From positions 1,087 through 65,086 of the forward strand of contig JAZQYO010000013.1 in assembly GCA_045633565.1 (NCBI GenBank): DNA of 64,000 bases, written 5' to 3'. Below, in pieces: positions 10,803 to 21,278 of this stretch; position 1 is the stretch's first letter; the number at the start of each line of letters is the position of its first letter. The stretch is from Clostridia bacterium (GTDB lineage: Bacteria; Bacillota; Clostridia; RUG12999). The notes beneath the pieces are model-generated. The model had not been told where the DNA came from, made no database searches, and was given only the letters and a program-made list of their open reading frames with translations. The position numbers were made by a program, and so were the translations under genes.

Positions 10803-12125
10803 TCACTCCTTACTCTGATTGAATTTGTTCATTAAAAGTCCGGATATAAGCTTTGGATAAAAATAAGAAGATTTGAGAGAAAGTTTTTCGCCCTCCAGGG
10901 CAACATCCTTTATTTGTTGTATTTTTGTTGGGTTAAGCATGAAACAGCATTGGAACACGCCGTTTTTTACTTCATTTACCGCCTCGGAAATATCACGAGT
11001 GTAGGAAAGATATTCCTGATTTTTGAGGTCTGCTTCTGTCATACCAAACACCTTGCCGAGCACGAGAGAATGGAGTACGGTCACATCAAGATGACGGAAA
11101 GAGACAGATTTGTCAGCATTAACGCTGTCTGCAGGGGCAAAACTTTTCAGTCTCAAAAGATAATAGTAATCTTTGCCGGTATACATCGCAAAGCAGGGAA
11201 TATCGGTGTTTTCGCTCAGCTTTATGCCGGCAGATGCCTCTACATCGTCGGTATCAATCCTTACAATATCAAAGGACTCCGAAAGCTGAGAAATAACAGC
11301 TGATTCGTTATATCCTACCTGGCTTTTTACCATTCTGTGGGTAGGGAAAATCACCAGCCCGGGGTCAGCTATGTCCTCAAGGAACATCATTGTGTAATTA
11401 TAAAGCTCATCACCCGTATGGTCGGGATTTTCGTCCTGCATTAAATTGCGGTAGTTTATAGCCGTTTCATACCGGTGATGTCCGTCTGCAATCAGAAGCC
11501 TTTTTTCTTCAAGCGCAGTGGTTACCTGGCTGATGACCTCCTCATCGGTTATAACCCACAGCTTCTGAACAACGCCGTCAATGGTTTTTACGGTTGTTTC
11601 CGGCTCCTGTGCAGTTGCTGAGTTTATGATTGAGGCAAGCTGGTTTTCCACATCATCATAAAGAGCACATACGGGATTGAAATTTGCACCGCATGATGTC
11701 ATCAGGTTCAGTCTGTCATTTTTGGCTCTGGAAACAGTTTCCTGATGGGGGACAACTGTGCCCTCTTCAAAATCATCAATCCGCACAAGACACACAATTC
11801 CTTTGCGTGAAAGCTGTCTGCCGTCCGGAAGCTCAAAATCCTGTCCATAAATATAAATGGCAGGTTGCCTGTCGGGAACTAAAACTCCCGACCTCATCCA
11901 TTCACTTAAGGTTTCTGCACTTCTTGAATATCTGTTTTCTGTATCATTGTCGTTTTCAAGATCTACGCCATATTCAAGCCTGACAACGTTGAATGGATGG
12001 CTGTCATACAGCTTTTGCTGCTTCTGTCCGGATATATTGTCATACGGAGGAGCAAGCACGGCACTTAAGTTACCTACTATATTTTTGTTGTATCTGAGTG
12101 CCTTGAAAGGTAATATTCGTTCCAT
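10803..12125 (-). CDS. DUF1015 family protein
   Basis: PPYD, PH(Q)ET, IADGHHRYETA, PTHR, SYFYPK motifs. Confidence 0.85.
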   Translation of the reverse strand: MERILPFKALRYNKNIVGNLSAVLAPPYDNISGQKQQKLYDSHPFNVVRLEYGVDLENDNDTENRYSRSAETLSEWMRSGVLVPDRQPAIYIYGQDFELPDGRQLSRKGIVCLVRIDDFEEGTVVPHQETVSRAKNDRLNLMTSCGANFNPVCALYDDVENQLASIINSATAQEPETTVKTIDGVVQKLWVITDEEVISQVTTALEEKRLLIADGHHRYETAINYRNLMQDENPDHTGDELYNYTMMFLEDIADPGLVIFPTHRMVKSQVGYNESAVISQLSESFDIVRIDTDDVEASAGIKLSENTDIPCFAMYTGKDYYYLLRLKSFAPADSVNADKSVSFRHLDVTVLHSLVLGKVFGMTEADLKNQEYLSYTRDISEAVNEVKNGVFQCCFMLNPTKIQQIKDVALEGEKLSLKSSYFYPKLISGLLMNKFNQSKE

Positions 12126-12147
12126 AATTTATCTCCGTTTCGGATTT

Positions 12148-12627
12148 TTAAATTTCAGTAAAAAATCTTTTTAAGGATTTATAAAGCGGTAGTCCGAAAA
12201 TGTAGCATGCTGCCGCTTCACCGGCTGCGACAAGCCCCATATTTGCAAACAGACCAAAGCCGCTTTCGGTAAATATACTGATTACAGCGCCGATAATCAG
12301 CCCATTTGAGATAACGGGCATTAAAAGCGCCGGCACCGGTTTTTTTCTGAGCAGATAGGTGAGCAAGGATGCAATAAGCGTTGCAAGAGTACCAAACACA
12401 ATGTCCACGGCCATCATCGGGCTTGCAAGGTTTGTCACAAAACAACCGATTGTCAGTCCCGGGATTGCCCAGGGAGTAAGCAGCGCAAGGGCATTTAAAG
12501 CCTCGGCTATCCGAAGCTGCACAGGACCAAAGGTCAGTACAGAAATCCCTGGCATAAGTGACAGTACTGCATATATTGCGGCAACCATTCCTGTAAATAC
12601 CACTGCTTTTGTTTTTGTCATTTTCAT
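12148..12627 (-). CDS. queT: QueT-family queuosine precursor transporter
   Basis: FGPVQLRIAEAL, GLTIGCFVTN, D..FGTLAT motifs; preQ1 riboswitch upstream. Confidence 0.88.
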   Translation of the reverse strand: MKMTKTKAVVFTGMVAAIYAVLSLMPGISVLTFGPVQLRIAEALNALALLTPWAIPGLTIGCFVTNLASPMMAVDIVFGTLATLIASLLTYLLRKKPVPALLMPVISNGLIIGAVISIFTESGFGLFANMGLVAAGEAAACYIFGLPLYKSLKRFFTEI

Positions 12628-12635
12628 TTTAAATT

Positions 12636-12675
12636 CTCCTTATTTTAATTTAAGTCAGGTAGTTGCGACTGACTG
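12636..12675 (-). ncRNA. preQ1 class I riboswitch (translational)
   Basis: Minus strand AGTCAG-TCGCAACTAC-CTGACT-TAAATTAAAATAAGGAG: short stem, UCGCA loop and A-rich tail running into the SD of queT. Confidence 0.85.
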
Positions 12676-12732
12676 ATACAATTATACAATTATATTGTAT
12701 CATTAAATGCCGGATGTTGCAATAGAAAAAAC

Positions 12733-12763
12733 AAAAAAGTGGTGACCCGGTCACCACTTTTTT
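12733..12763. terminator. Intrinsic terminator of the amino-acid ABC operon
   Basis: AAAAAAGTGGTGACC-C-GGTCACCACTTTTTT. Confidence 0.75.
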
Positions 12764-13502
12764 AAAGAATATTCTGTAAAAACTGTTTTGTTCTTTCGTC
12801 TTTAGGGGAAGAGAAAATCTCGCTTGGAGTTCCCTCCTCAACAATCTGTCCTTCCGCCATGAAAATTACCCTGTCAGCAACCTCGCGGGCAAAACCCATT
12901 TCGTGAGTAACAACTATCATGGTCATGCCTTCCTTTGCAAGTTGCTTCATAACCTGCAAAACCTCACCAACCATTTCGGGGTCAAGAGCACTTGTAGGCT
13001 CGTCAAAAAGCATTACATCTGGGCTCATACAAAGTGCACGGACAATTGCGACACGCTGCTTTTGTCCACCCGAAAGCTGAGAAGGATATGCCTGTGCCCT
13101 GTCGGCAAGACCAACTCTTTTTAAAAGCTCCATAGCCTTCTTTTCAGCATCTTCTTTAGTCATTTTCAGAAGCTTAATGGGTGCAATTGTAAGATTTTTA
13201 AGAATTGTCATGTGTGGGAACAAATTGAAATGCTGAAACACCATTCCCATTTTCTGACGCATTTTATTTATGTCTGTTTTTGAGTCAAGAATATCTGTGC
13301 CGTCAATTAAAATGCTACCACCGGTGGGTTGTTCAAGAAGGTTGAGCGAGCGAAGATATGTGGATTTACCCGAGCCTGACGGCCCGATTATTACAACAAC
13401 CTCACCTTTTTTAATTTCGCTGTCAATATCACGGAGTGCGTGGATACTGCCCTTAAAGCATTTGGAAAGTTTTTCTGTTTTTATAATGATATTATCGTTC
13501 AC
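12762..13502 (-). CDS. Polar amino acid ABC transporter ATPase (GlnQ-like)
   Basis: [38 protein letters not shown]. Confidence 0.93.
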   Translation of the reverse strand: MNDNIIIKTEKLSKCFKGSIHALRDIDSEIKKGEVVVIIGPSGSGKSTYLRSLNLLEQPTGGSILIDGTDILDSKTDINKMRQKMGMVFQHFNLFPHMTILKNLTIAPIKLLKMTKEDAEKKAMELLKRVGLADRAQAYPSQLSGGQKQRVAIVRALCMSPDVMLFDEPTSALDPEMVGEVLQVMKQLAKEGMTMIVVTHEMGFAREVADRVIFMAEGQIVEEGTPSEIFSSPKDERTKQFLQNIL

Positions 13503-14862
13503 TGTTTCTCAGTCTCCTTTCCAGAATACTTACAAGCTTGGACAGAGCAAGCACCATAACAAGATAAATCAGCGCTGCGGCAACAAGCGGCATAAAGGGG
13601 CTGTAGGTTGCTGCACGGATAGCGTTTACCGAGTACATAAGGTCGCCCAGACCGATATAGAAAGCAATCGACGTTTCCTTGAGCAGAACGACAAACTCGT
13701 TTGCCAGAGCAGGAAGAACTGCTTTAAAAGCCTGAGGAAAAACAATGTACCACATGGTCTGCATATAACCAAAGCCGAGGCTTCTGCCTGCTTCGGTCTG
13801 TCCGTCATCAATGCTCATAATACCACCACGGACAATTTCTGCAACATAAGCACCCGAGTTTAATCCAAAACAGATTACCGCCGCAATAAATTTATCAATA
13901 CCAATCGGCATGAAAATTACAAAATATATAATCATTATCTGTACAACTACAGGAGTTCCTCTTGTGATTGTAAGATAAAGCTCTGATATCCAGTTTAAAA
14001 TCTTTAAAATAATTCCCTGCTTTGTCGTTTTGAGATATGTAACTCTGACAAAGGCCACCAGAAAGCCGAGAGCTATACCGATAAGCAAAGCAAAAAGAGT
14101 AAGCTTTATGGTTGTCCACAGACCGGTCAAAATGGTTTTCCAACGGTCATGCTGGATAAAGTTCTGGTTAAAGTCCTTTTTCAGCTTGTTTATAATTCTG
14201 CCCAGCCCGTTTGATGTATCAGGCTTTTCGGCAGAATAATCTGCATCTATACATTCAATAAAGCCTTTGTTTATGTTGGCTGACTCAAGCGCCTGTTCTT
14301 CGCCGTTTACTACACGTGTTTTTATACCTGCAATATCATTTTTTACATCCACAACACCGCCAAACACGGTATTTACAACATCATCGGGAGCATAAACCTT
14401 TAAACCGCCCTTGGTGTCATACAAAGTAATTTTCAATTGGGCGTAGCTTTTGGGAGCGCCGGTTAAAAGCTCCTCAATTACCGGTTCAAATTCAAGCTTG
14501 AAATCAAGGGCAGACTTGAACATAGTGCCATTTTTCTTTTTAACATTACTGCTTAAGAATGTATTGTATTCGGGCGAGAGAGCGGGTTTTACATCAATTG
14601 TATCAACCCGGCAGTCAAGAACAATATCTTTTTCATCACCATAAGATATGTTTTCTACTGTAATGCTGTTTTCCTTTGCTATAAAACCAAGCGCTTTTGT
14701 TCCCGCCATGGCATCAAATTGCTCGTTTACCAACTGTTGCGCTTGCTGCACAGTTATTTCCTGCGCTTTTGTCTGCGACAAGCCGGCAACAACTATCCCG
14801 GTCAGCACCGCAAGAATAAAGACGATTGACAAAACAACCGCAATAATCTTCTTTTTATTCAT
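13492..14862 (-). CDS. Polar amino acid ABC permease with ~230-aa N-terminal extracytoplasmic extension
   Basis: C-terminal [32 protein letters not shown] motifs; N-terminal TM plus soluble domain. Confidence 0.88.
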   Translation of the reverse strand: MNKKKIIAVVLSIVFILAVLTGIVVAGLSQTKAQEITVQQAQQLVNEQFDAMAGTKALGFIAKENSITVENISYGDEKDIVLDCRVDTIDVKPALSPEYNTFLSSNVKKKNGTMFKSALDFKLEFEPVIEELLTGAPKSYAQLKITLYDTKGGLKVYAPDDVVNTVFGGVVDVKNDIAGIKTRVVNGEEQALESANINKGFIECIDADYSAEKPDTSNGLGRIINKLKKDFNQNFIQHDRWKTILTGLWTTIKLTLFALLIGIALGFLVAFVRVTYLKTTKQGIILKILNWISELYLTITRGTPVVVQIMIIYFVIFMPIGIDKFIAAVICFGLNSGAYVAEIVRGGIMSIDDGQTEAGRSLGFGYMQTMWYIVFPQAFKAVLPALANEFVVLLKETSIAFYIGLGDLMYSVNAIRAATYSPFMPLVAAALIYLVMVLALSKLVSILERRLRNSER

Positions 14863-14995
14863 ACATAATACATCCTTTCTCAAGCATTTGTTTCAACTGC
14901 AAAAGTTTTACATTTCAAACAAATGTTTGACCAGTAAAATAAACTGCAAAAGCAGGCGAATAATCACCTGCTTTTGCAACATTTTTGTCCGTTAA

Positions 14996-15730
14996 TTATT
15001 CAGCTTTGATATATTTTGCAATAATTCCGTCAATTGTGCCGTCTGCTGTAAGTTTTTCAAGAGCTGTGTTAATTTTTTCTAAAAGTTCAGCATTGTCTTT
15101 TGAAACAGCGATAGCATAGTCCTCAACAGCATATTCTGTTTCGAGGATTTTCAGACCTTCGTTTTCAGCAACGAAAGCTTTTGCAGGCTCATTGTCGATG
15201 ATAACTGCATCAACATCTCCGCCCTTAAGAGCGATAACAGCGTCAGCACCTTTGCCGTAGCTTGTTACGTTTTCTTCGCCGTAATCATCTTTGGAGTACA
15301 TGTCGCCTGTTGTACCAAGCTGTGTACCGATTTTTTTGCCTTCAAGGTCATCTAAAGTAGCAATTTCAGAACCTTCAGCAACGATTACAACCTGTACGCC
15401 TGTAGCGTAGCTGGATGTAAAGTCAACTTCAAGTTTACGTTCGTCGGTTACAGTCATACCGGCCATACCGAAATCAACTTCACCCTTCTGAACAGCGGGG
15501 ATAATGGAATCAAATTCCATGTCTACAACTTCAAGTGTGAGGCCGAGTTCTTTTGCAATTGCATCCGCAATTTCAACGTCGATACCAACAAATGCTTCGC
15601 CCTCTTTGTATTCATAGGGAGGGAAAGCTGCGTTTGTACCCATTTTAAGAGTTTCTGCTTCCTGTCCGCCACAAGCTGCAAAAGAAAGGGCGAGAACAGC
15701 AACCATAACAAGTGCCAAAAACTTTTTCAT
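14996..15730 (-). CDS. Polar amino acid ABC substrate-binding lipoprotein
   Basis: Lipobox FAAC, GTNAAFPPYEY, G.DVEIA, ER...VDF (SBP_bac_3). Confidence 0.92.
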   Translation of the reverse strand: MKKFLALVMVAVLALSFAACGGQEAETLKMGTNAAFPPYEYKEGEAFVGIDVEIADAIAKELGLTLEVVDMEFDSIIPAVQKGEVDFGMAGMTVTDERKLEVDFTSSYATGVQVVIVAEGSEIATLDDLEGKKIGTQLGTTGDMYSKDDYGEENVTSYGKGADAVIALKGGDVDAVIIDNEPAKAFVAENEGLKILETEYAVEDYAIAVSKDNAELLEKINTALEKLTADGTIDGIIAKYIKAE

Positions 15731-15764
15731 TATGTATTCCTCCTAGTATTAAGATTATGCCTTA

Positions 15765-15792
15765 ATTATATCACCTTTTAAAATAATGTCAA
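15765..15792 (-). promoter_or_regulatory. SigA promoter of the amino-acid ABC operon
   Basis: TTGACA-16nt-TATAAT with TGn extension on the minus strand. Confidence 0.7.
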
Positions 15793-15905
15793 TAGTTTTT
15801 CGTATTTTATGCAGTAATAAGGCGGTATTATGTATAATTATGTATTGTTGTGCAAAATAACAACAATAATATTTTTATTTTGTTGTTTTTTTCAGAAGTT
15901 ACTAC

Positions 15906-15981
15906 TTGATTTAACTTCCGGCAAGTGATATAATAAGTAGGGCACTAGAAAAAAGCGTCTCAGAAATGAGGCGCTTTTTTT
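15906..15981 (+). promoter_or_regulatory. SigA promoter followed by a leader terminator hairpin
   Basis: TTGATT-17-TATAAT (15906-15934); AAAAAAGCGTCTCA-GAAA-TGAGGCGCTTTTTTT (15949-15981). Confidence 0.55.
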
Positions 15982-16033
15982 AATTAATATACCACCCGTG
16001 GGGCAGATTTTCTGCGCAAGAAAGGTGAAACTT

Positions 16034-17518
16034 ATGAAAAATTCATTTGATAATGAAAAATATTTAAAGCTTCAGTCGGAAAAAATTCTCGAGAGAATTG
16101 ACCATTTTGGCGGCAAACTCTATCTTGAATTCGGCGGTAAGCTTTTTGATGATTTCCATGCATCAAGGGTGCTTCCGGGATTTGAGCCGGACAGTAAGGT
16201 GAAAATGTTGCTCCAGCTTAAAGACCAGGCGGAAATTATTATTGCCATAAGTGCAGACGCCATAGAAAAAAATAAACGCCGTGGTGACCTGGGGATAACT
16301 TACGACCTTGAAGCGCTCCGTCTTATTGACGCTTTCAGAAGCATCGGACTTTTTGTAGGCAGTGTGGTAATTACTCAGTACCAGTCACAGCCCGCTGCAG
16401 ACACCTTTGAAAAACGCCTCAGAGGTCTGGGGATTGAAGTGTATAAACACTATATTATTCCTGATTATCCGGCAAACATTCCGCTTATTGTCAGCGATGA
16501 CGGATATGGGAAAAATGATTATATAAAAACCTCACGGTCGCTTGTTGTCGTGACAGCTCCCGGACCGGGAAGCGGTAAAATGGCTACCTGTTTGTCCCAG
16601 CTTTATCATGATTATAAAAAGGGAATACAGGCAGGATATGCAAAGTATGAAACCTTCCCAATATGGAATCTTCCGCTGAAACATCCTGTAAACCTTGCGT
16701 ATGAAGCCGCAACGGCAGACCTTGATGACCTGAATATGATTGACCCTTACCACCTTGAAGCTTATGGTGAAACCACCGTAAACTACAATCGTGATGTTGA
16801 AATTTTCCCGGTACTTAATACAATGTTCGAGAAAATTCTTGGTGAATCACCTTATAAAAGCCCAACGGATATGGGCGTAAACATGGCTGGATATTGCATT
16901 ACTGATGCTGAAGGCGTAAATAACGCCGCAAAACAGGAAATAATAAGACGATACTGCAACAGTCAGAGTGCACAGCGCGAAGGGCTTGCAGAGCAGTCGG
17001 AGGTTTATAAAATTGAGCTTTTAATGAATCAGCTTGGCATCACAAGGGATGACAGGAAGGTTATCGGTGCAGCAATCGAAAAGGGAGAGAAAACAGGCGG
17101 CCCGGCAACAGCACTCCAGCTTCCTGACGGACGGATGGTAACGGGTAAAACTTCAGCGCTTTTAGGTGCATCTGCAGCACTCATATTAAACGCACTTAAA
17201 GTACTTGCGGGGATTGATGATGACACACTGCTCATTTCTTCCTCGGCAATTAAGCCTATACAGAAACTGAAAATAAATCACATGGGCAATCACAACCCCA
17301 GACTCCATTCGGACGAAATTTTAATTGCCCTTGCGATCTGTGCTGCGACTGATGAAACTGCAGCACTTGCAATGGAGCAGCTTTCAAAACTTCGTGGCAG
17401 TGAAGCTCATTCAACGGTTATTTTGTCAAGCGTTGACGAAAATGTGTTCAAAAAGCTTGGCGTAAACCTGACCTATGAACCCAAATATCAGACCAAGAAA
17501 TTATATCACGCAAAATAA
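16034..17518 (+). CDS. DUF1846 family protein
   Basis: [51 protein letters not shown]. Confidence 0.88.
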   Translation: MKNSFDNEKYLKLQSEKILERIDHFGGKLYLEFGGKLFDDFHASRVLPGFEPDSKVKMLLQLKDQAEIIIAISADAIEKNKRRGDLGITYDLEALRLIDAFRSIGLFVGSVVITQYQSQPAADTFEKRLRGLGIEVYKHYIIPDYPANIPLIVSDDGYGKNDYIKTSRSLVVVTAPGPGSGKMATCLSQLYHDYKKGIQAGYAKYETFPIWNLPLKHPVNLAYEAATADLDDLNMIDPYHLEAYGETTVNYNRDVEIFPVLNTMFEKILGESPYKSPTDMGVNMAGYCITDAEGVNNAAKQEIIRRYCNSQSAQREGLAEQSEVYKIELLMNQLGITRDDRKVIGAAIEKGEKTGGPATALQLPDGRMVTGKTSALLGASAALILNALKVLAGIDDDTLLISSSAIKPIQKLKINHMGNHNPRLHSDEILIALAICAATDETAALAMEQLSKLRGSEAHSTVILSSVDENVFKKLGVNLTYEPKYQTKKLYHAK

Positions 17519-17543
17519 AAAGAGCAGCCTTGCGGCTGCTCTT

Positions 17544-17777
17544 TTAAAGTTTTTCTTCAATTTCATACACAACCGTACTCATTTTCACATCCAAAGCACA
17601 GCATATACGATAAAATGTTTCCAATGTGGGTTTGCGTTCTCCGCGCTCTATAGCGCTCAAATGTGTTCTTCCAATATCAGCCAAACCGCTTAAAACTTCC
17701 TGTGACATACCTTTTTTTCTTCTGAAATTAGAAATAATTTCTCCGACGATTTTGGGGTCAAGGACGGGAATAAACAT
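17544..17777 (-). CDS. XRE-family HTH regulator
   Basis: R..KGMSQE.L....I.R.HLS.IERGER.P pattern. Confidence 0.85.
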   Translation of the reverse strand: MFIPVLDPKIVGEIISNFRRKKGMSQEVLSGLADIGRTHLSAIERGERKPTLETFYRICCALDVKMSTVVYEIEEKL

Positions 17778-17827
17778 CTCACTACCACCTCAACCATATT
17801 ATATAAAAAAATTTACAATACTATGAA

Positions 17828-17864
17828 CACATATGTTGACAAATTAGCACTTATGTGTTATAAT
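17828..17864 (+). promoter_or_regulatory. SigA promoter with overlapping direct-repeat operator candidates
   Basis: TTGACA-17-TATAAT (17836-17864); CACATATGT and CACTTATGT 20 bp apart. Confidence 0.6.
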
Positions 17865-17904
17865 TGCAAGATATTAGGTTATTTCCACGGAGGACTCTAT
17901 TTAA

Positions 17905-18951
17905 TTGGAACGGCAAAATTTCGAACTTAAAAAAATTAAATCGCAATATTTCAGCAGAAATTCAGCATATCTTGTTGTTTGTTTAATATCGGCATTCATG
18001 GCTTTGTTTAATTATATTGAAAATAAACCTGAGTATATGATAGTTTCCTTAATATTCACCATATTATGCGCCTTTAATTTTATCTTGTCGCACTTTGGGA
18101 AAATTTCGCAAACCATTGCCGAAATAATTTTATTAATACAGTCTATAATTCTGTTTATCTATCTGATTGTAGGAACGGCAGGGAGCATTAGCGTGCTGTG
18201 GATTTGTCTTCTACCGGTGGGTGGGGTTTTATTTTTCGGAATGAAAAAAACTATTTGGCTTTGTGGATTGATGATAGCTTTACTTTTGTTTATGTTTTTT
18301 GCACCCATAGGAGAAGAGTTTATCATACGTTTTTATCCGCTGTCAATCAGGATTCGTGTTGTTATTTTTTTTATTGCCTTTTCTGTGGTGGCGCTTTTCC
18401 TTGAGCAAAATCGTATTTCGACAGCAAAAGAGCTGGATGATCTTCGCAGAAGATATCAATTTTTATACTCTCATGATGCACTTACAAATGCATTAAGTCG
18501 GCACGCATTTAATGAAATTTTATCAAGCGAAATTATGGATATAAGAAATTTTCCTATAGGATTTATCCTTATTGATATTGATTTTTTTAAAACCATTAAC
18601 GATACGATGGGACATTATAAGGGCGATTTACTTTTAAAAAATACATACGCTATTATTCGGGATACAACTAATTCACATGTTTTTCGTTGGGGAGGAGATG
18701 AATTTGCTGTTTTCTTAACAGGCGAAAGAAATGTTAAAGAAATAGCTGAGAAAATTTGCACCACTTTCGAGGCATCGATTAAGTCAAATCCTGAATTTGC
18801 AACAAAAACAACAATCAGCGTCGGTGCAATTTTAATAAATAGAAAGACTTCAATTACAACGCATTCACTTGTACGTGAGGCAGATAAATGCCTGTACCTT
18901 GCTAAAGAGAAAGGTCGAAATCAGGTGATGTATAAAGAGCTCTCCCTGTAA
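17905..18951 (+). CDS. Membrane-bound diguanylate cyclase (GGDEF)
   Basis: ~6 TMs, then D.LT..L.R, DIDFFK.IND..GH..GD, RWGGDEF, AD..LY.AK..GRN; TTG start with GGAGGA RBS. Confidence 0.9.
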   Translation: MERQNFELKKIKSQYFSRNSAYLVVCLISAFMALFNYIENKPEYMIVSLIFTILCAFNFILSHFGKISQTIAEIILLIQSIILFIYLIVGTAGSISVLWICLLPVGGVLFFGMKKTIWLCGLMIALLLFMFFAPIGEEFIIRFYPLSIRIRVVIFFIAFSVVALFLEQNRISTAKELDDLRRRYQFLYSHDALTNALSRHAFNEILSSEIMDIRNFPIGFILIDIDFFKTINDTMGHYKGDLLLKNTYAIIRDTTNSHVFRWGGDEFAVFLTGERNVKEIAEKICTTFEASIKSNPEFATKTTISVGAILINRKTSITTHSLVREADKCLYLAKEKGRNQVMYKELSL

Positions 18952-18972
18952 AAACAGAGAGAGCTCTTTTTC

Positions 18973-19758
18973 TTATAATTTAAACATTTTTGCAAAATTA
19001 GTATAGAGTATTTTTTCATTTTCGCTTTCTGACAGCCCGAGGGAGTAAAATCTTTCAATTTCTTCTTCGGGGTTCCACATGGGAAAATCTGTGCCGAAGA
19101 AAAACTTATCCACTCCGAATTTTTCTATAAGCCCGAGTGCCATGTTTTTGTCAATCACGGTGAGCGAACTTGAAGTATCAAAATATAAGTTTTCACTTGG
19201 CTCAAGTTTTGCCACCCTGTCCCAACATCTGTATCCGCCAAAATGCGCTGCCAGTACAACAAGGTCGGGCACCTGATGCATTAAATTCGAAAGTCGGTCA
19301 GGAGAAGAATAATCATATCTGTCGTCACCCATGTGGAATAAAACAGGCAGATTATTTTTCGCAATCTCACGATAAAAATCAATTGATTTGGGATTGTCTA
19401 TATCAATCTTTTGAAAATCCGAGTGAATTTTAACACCGCGAAGACCAAGAGATTTTGCATGAGCAATCTCATCCTTATAATCATCCATCAGCGGATGCAG
19501 TGCCGCAAATCCTAAAAACTTGGGCTGTTTTCTGCACTCTTGTGCAATAAATTCGTTGATGTTATATGCCTGATCGGGTGTTACTGCCGATGAGCATACA
19601 AGATATTTACTCACTCCGATTTTATCGCCGGCGGTTACAAGATTTACCGCACTCGCATCCGCAAACATCCCTGTTTCATAAAAATCACCAATGGATTTTG
19701 TTGCCTTTGCTGCGATTTTTGTGGGGAAAATATGTGCGTGGGCATCGGCAATTTTCAT
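18973..19758 (-). CDS. Amidohydrolase family metal-dependent hydrolase
   Basis: DAHAH, GVKIH, LFHMG, AAHFGG, FGTDFP. Confidence 0.85.
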   Translation of the reverse strand: MKIADAHAHIFPTKIAAKATKSIGDFYETGMFADASAVNLVTAGDKIGVSKYLVCSSAVTPDQAYNINEFIAQECRKQPKFLGFAALHPLMDDYKDEIAHAKSLGLRGVKIHSDFQKIDIDNPKSIDFYREIAKNNLPVLFHMGDDRYDYSSPDRLSNLMHQVPDLVVLAAHFGGYRCWDRVAKLEPSENLYFDTSSSLTVIDKNMALGLIEKFGVDKFFFGTDFPMWNPEEEIERFYSLGLSESENEKILYTNFAKMFKL

Positions 19759-19822
19759 TTTTATCCCTCCCGGAAAAGTAAGAGCCGCCAAATGACTCCG
19801 GTCACTCTGGCGGCTTTTGTCT

Positions 19823-21265
19823 TTAAGATAATTTTTCTATACCTTTTTTCATTCTGCTTATACATTCTTCTTTGCCGAGAATGTATGCAATTTCAATGGC
19901 ACCGCCGGGCGTGAACTGTTTGCCCGAAAGCGCCGTACGAACGGGCCAGAGAACTGTTCCGTTTTTAACTTCCATCTCAGCAATGAGATTAAAGAGTGCC
20001 TCGTGGACACCTTCCTCTGTCCAGTCTGTTATGTTTTCAATAACCGGCAGAGCTTTCTTTAACACTTCAAGCGAAATGGCAGCATCTGTTTTCATTTTTT
20101 TATGAGTATACATTTCAATATCATACTCGGGCAGAGCGTCTATAAAGTCAATCTGCTCAGGAATGTCAGAGAGTACCTCTGTTCTCTGATGTAAAAGCTT
20201 TGCAATTTCTGCAAAATTTGCGTCAGATTTAACAGATTGCTTCATATAAGGCAGGGCTGCATTTAAAAATTCCTCTTCGGACATTTTTTTGATATATTCG
20301 CCATTCATCCAGTTAAGCTTTACTGAGTCAAATATAGCGGGTGATTTGTTGATGCCTTTGGGGTCAAAAACTTCAACAAGCTCGTCCAGCGTGAAAATTT
20401 CTCTGTCACCGCCGGGGCTCCATCCCAAAAGTGCAATAAAGTTAATAACTGCATCTTTAAGATAACCTTTTGCGATAATATCCTCGTAAGAAGCATCACC
20501 GTTACGCTTTGATAATTTTTCTGTCTGGTTTTTCATTACCGGAGGACAGTGAATATACACCGGTTTTTCCCAGCCGAATGCTTCGTAAAGAAGATTATAT
20601 TTAGGAGTTGAAGACAAATATTCACTACCACGGATAACGTGGGTGATATTCATCAGATGGTCGTCAATAACATTGGCAAAGTTATATGTCGGAAGTCCAT
20701 CAGATTTTAACAGAATATTATCGTCAAGAACGGAGTTTTCAACAGTAATTCTGCCATAAATTACGTCGTCAAAATATGTTGTGCCTGTTGTGGGCATTTT
20801 CTGTCTGATAACGTAAGGAACACCCGAAGCAAGTTTTTCCTGAATTTCTTCTTCAGAAAGGTTTCTGCAATATCCGTCATATTTTGTAGGAATTTTGGAA
20901 GCTTCCTGAATGCTTCTTAAATTATCAAGTCTTTCTTTGTCACAGAAACAGTAATATGCGCCACCTTTTTTAACAAGCTCATGAGCATACTCTGCATAAA
21001 TGCTGCGACGCTCACTCTGAATGTAAGGACCAAAGTCGCCACCAATGTCGGGACCTTCATCGTGAATAAGACCTGCTTCTGCAAGAGTTTTGTAAATTAT
21101 GTCAACTGCACCTTCGACATAACGTTCCTGGTCGGTATCCTCAATTCTGAGAATAAAGTCGCCACCGTTATGTTTTGCCAGAAGGTATGCATAAAGTGCT
21201 GTACGCAGGTTACCGATATGCATATATCCTGTAGGGCTGGGCGCAAATCTTGTTCTGACTTTCAT
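19823..21265 (-). CDS. gltX: Glutamate--tRNA ligase
   Basis: [13 protein letters not shown] (HIGH) and KLSKR (KMSKS). Confidence 0.97.
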   Translation of the reverse strand: MKVRTRFAPSPTGYMHIGNLRTALYAYLLAKHNGGDFILRIEDTDQERYVEGAVDIIYKTLAEAGLIHDEGPDIGGDFGPYIQSERRSIYAEYAHELVKKGGAYYCFCDKERLDNLRSIQEASKIPTKYDGYCRNLSEEEIQEKLASGVPYVIRQKMPTTGTTYFDDVIYGRITVENSVLDDNILLKSDGLPTYNFANVIDDHLMNITHVIRGSEYLSSTPKYNLLYEAFGWEKPVYIHCPPVMKNQTEKLSKRNGDASYEDIIAKGYLKDAVINFIALLGWSPGGDREIFTLDELVEVFDPKGINKSPAIFDSVKLNWMNGEYIKKMSEEEFLNAALPYMKQSVKSDANFAEIAKLLHQRTEVLSDIPEQIDFIDALPEYDIEMYTHKKMKTDAAISLEVLKKALPVIENITDWTEEGVHEALFNLIAEMEVKNGTVLWPVRTALSGKQFTPGGAIEIAYILGKEECISRMKKGIEKLS

Positions 21266-21278
21266 AGATTAAAGCCTC

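Noticed and set aside
15798-15846. ArgR-box-like sequences upstream of the amino-acid SBP
   Set aside because: Only one reasonable match (TATGTATAATTATGTATT) in very AT-rich DNA; not enough to call.
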